A DNA stretch of 35,117 nt, taken from Candidatus Micrarchaeota archaeon. GTDB taxonomy: Archaea > Micrarchaeota > Micrarchaeia > Norongarragalinales > WALN01. Positions within the stretch are counted from its first letter, which is position 1. Every line of letters starts with the position of its first letter. Location: assembly GCA_015522865.1 (NCBI GenBank), contig WALN01000064.1, positions 1 through 35,117 on the forward strand, written 5' to 3'. Below, one piece after another: positions 35,087 to 35,117 of this stretch. The notes beneath the pieces were generated by a model. That model saw only the letters and a list, made by a program, of their open reading frames with translations. It did not search any database and had not been told where the DNA came from. A program made the translations under genes and the position numbers.

Positions 35087-35117
35087 TTCGAGTCTCGGTC
35101 GCCGCCCTTAGCTCTCA

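Larger units (their letters stand above)
34887..35117 (+). repeat. Tandem repeat with an exact 100-bp period: tRNA-His 3' exon (T-loop to C73) plus a 79-80-nt spacer; 2 full copies and a 31-nt third copy cut by the window end
   Basis: 34887-34986 and 34987-35086 are identical. 35087-35117 is identical to the first 31 nt of the unit. Confidence 0.9.

Noticed and set aside
34782-35111. 109-aa plus-strand ORF from the track, covering tRNA-His and the 100-bp tandem repeats
   Set aside because: It reads straight through a tRNA gene and perfect tandem repeats, so the protein sequence simply repeats. This is an artefact of a stop-free repeat frame.
34887-35117. Possible CRISPR array (regularly spaced identical sequences)
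   Set aside because: The whole 100-bp unit is identical between copies, so there are no unique spacers. The conserved core is a tRNA 3' end, and no cas genes are in the window.

Overview
This is an AT-rich, gene-dense archaeal chromosome segment. Archaeal markers include ribosomal protein S17e, archaeal/eukaryal-type ProRS, archaeal-type PGK, AglH-like GT4 enzymes and intron-containing tRNA genes. Several bacterial-looking metabolic genes (type I GAPDH, PfkA-family PFK, LacD-type aldolase, HPF-like protein) suggest a small-genome DPANN-like archaeon; that placement is inference only. Contents in order: a surface-glycan cluster (partial Gfo/Idh/MocA oxidoreductase, two convergent GlcNAc-1-P transferase paralogs, a flippase) interrupted by a decayed RelE-type toxin-antitoxin cassette flanked by 16-nt direct repeats; an MTA/SAH deaminase and MTA phosphorylase operon; an orphan radical-SAM activase; FeoAB; a glycolytic cluster (PFK, LacD-like aldolase, GAPDH, PGK) with an encapsulated-ferritin-like gene inside it; an S2P protease; an HPF-like protein; SMC; S17e; ProRS; IleRS; HisRS; and two convergent paralogs that carry only a PEP-utilizer swivel domain on an unknown helical N-terminal region. 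The most unusual material is RNA-level. tRNA-Gln(UUG) is split at 37/38 by a ~320-nt non-coding intron built from repeated pyrimidine-arm/purine-arm hairpins, one of which shows a compensatory base-pair change between copies. tRNA-His(GUG) carries a 50-nt intron inside the T-arm (53/54), and its 3' exon plus a 79-nt spacer is tandemly repeated with an exact 100-bp period up to the window end. A 49-nt module (47/49 identical) is shared between the Gln intron and each His repeat unit, pointing to a spreading hairpin module associated with tRNA genes. All calls come from reading the sequence and ORF translations by eye; no searches were run.
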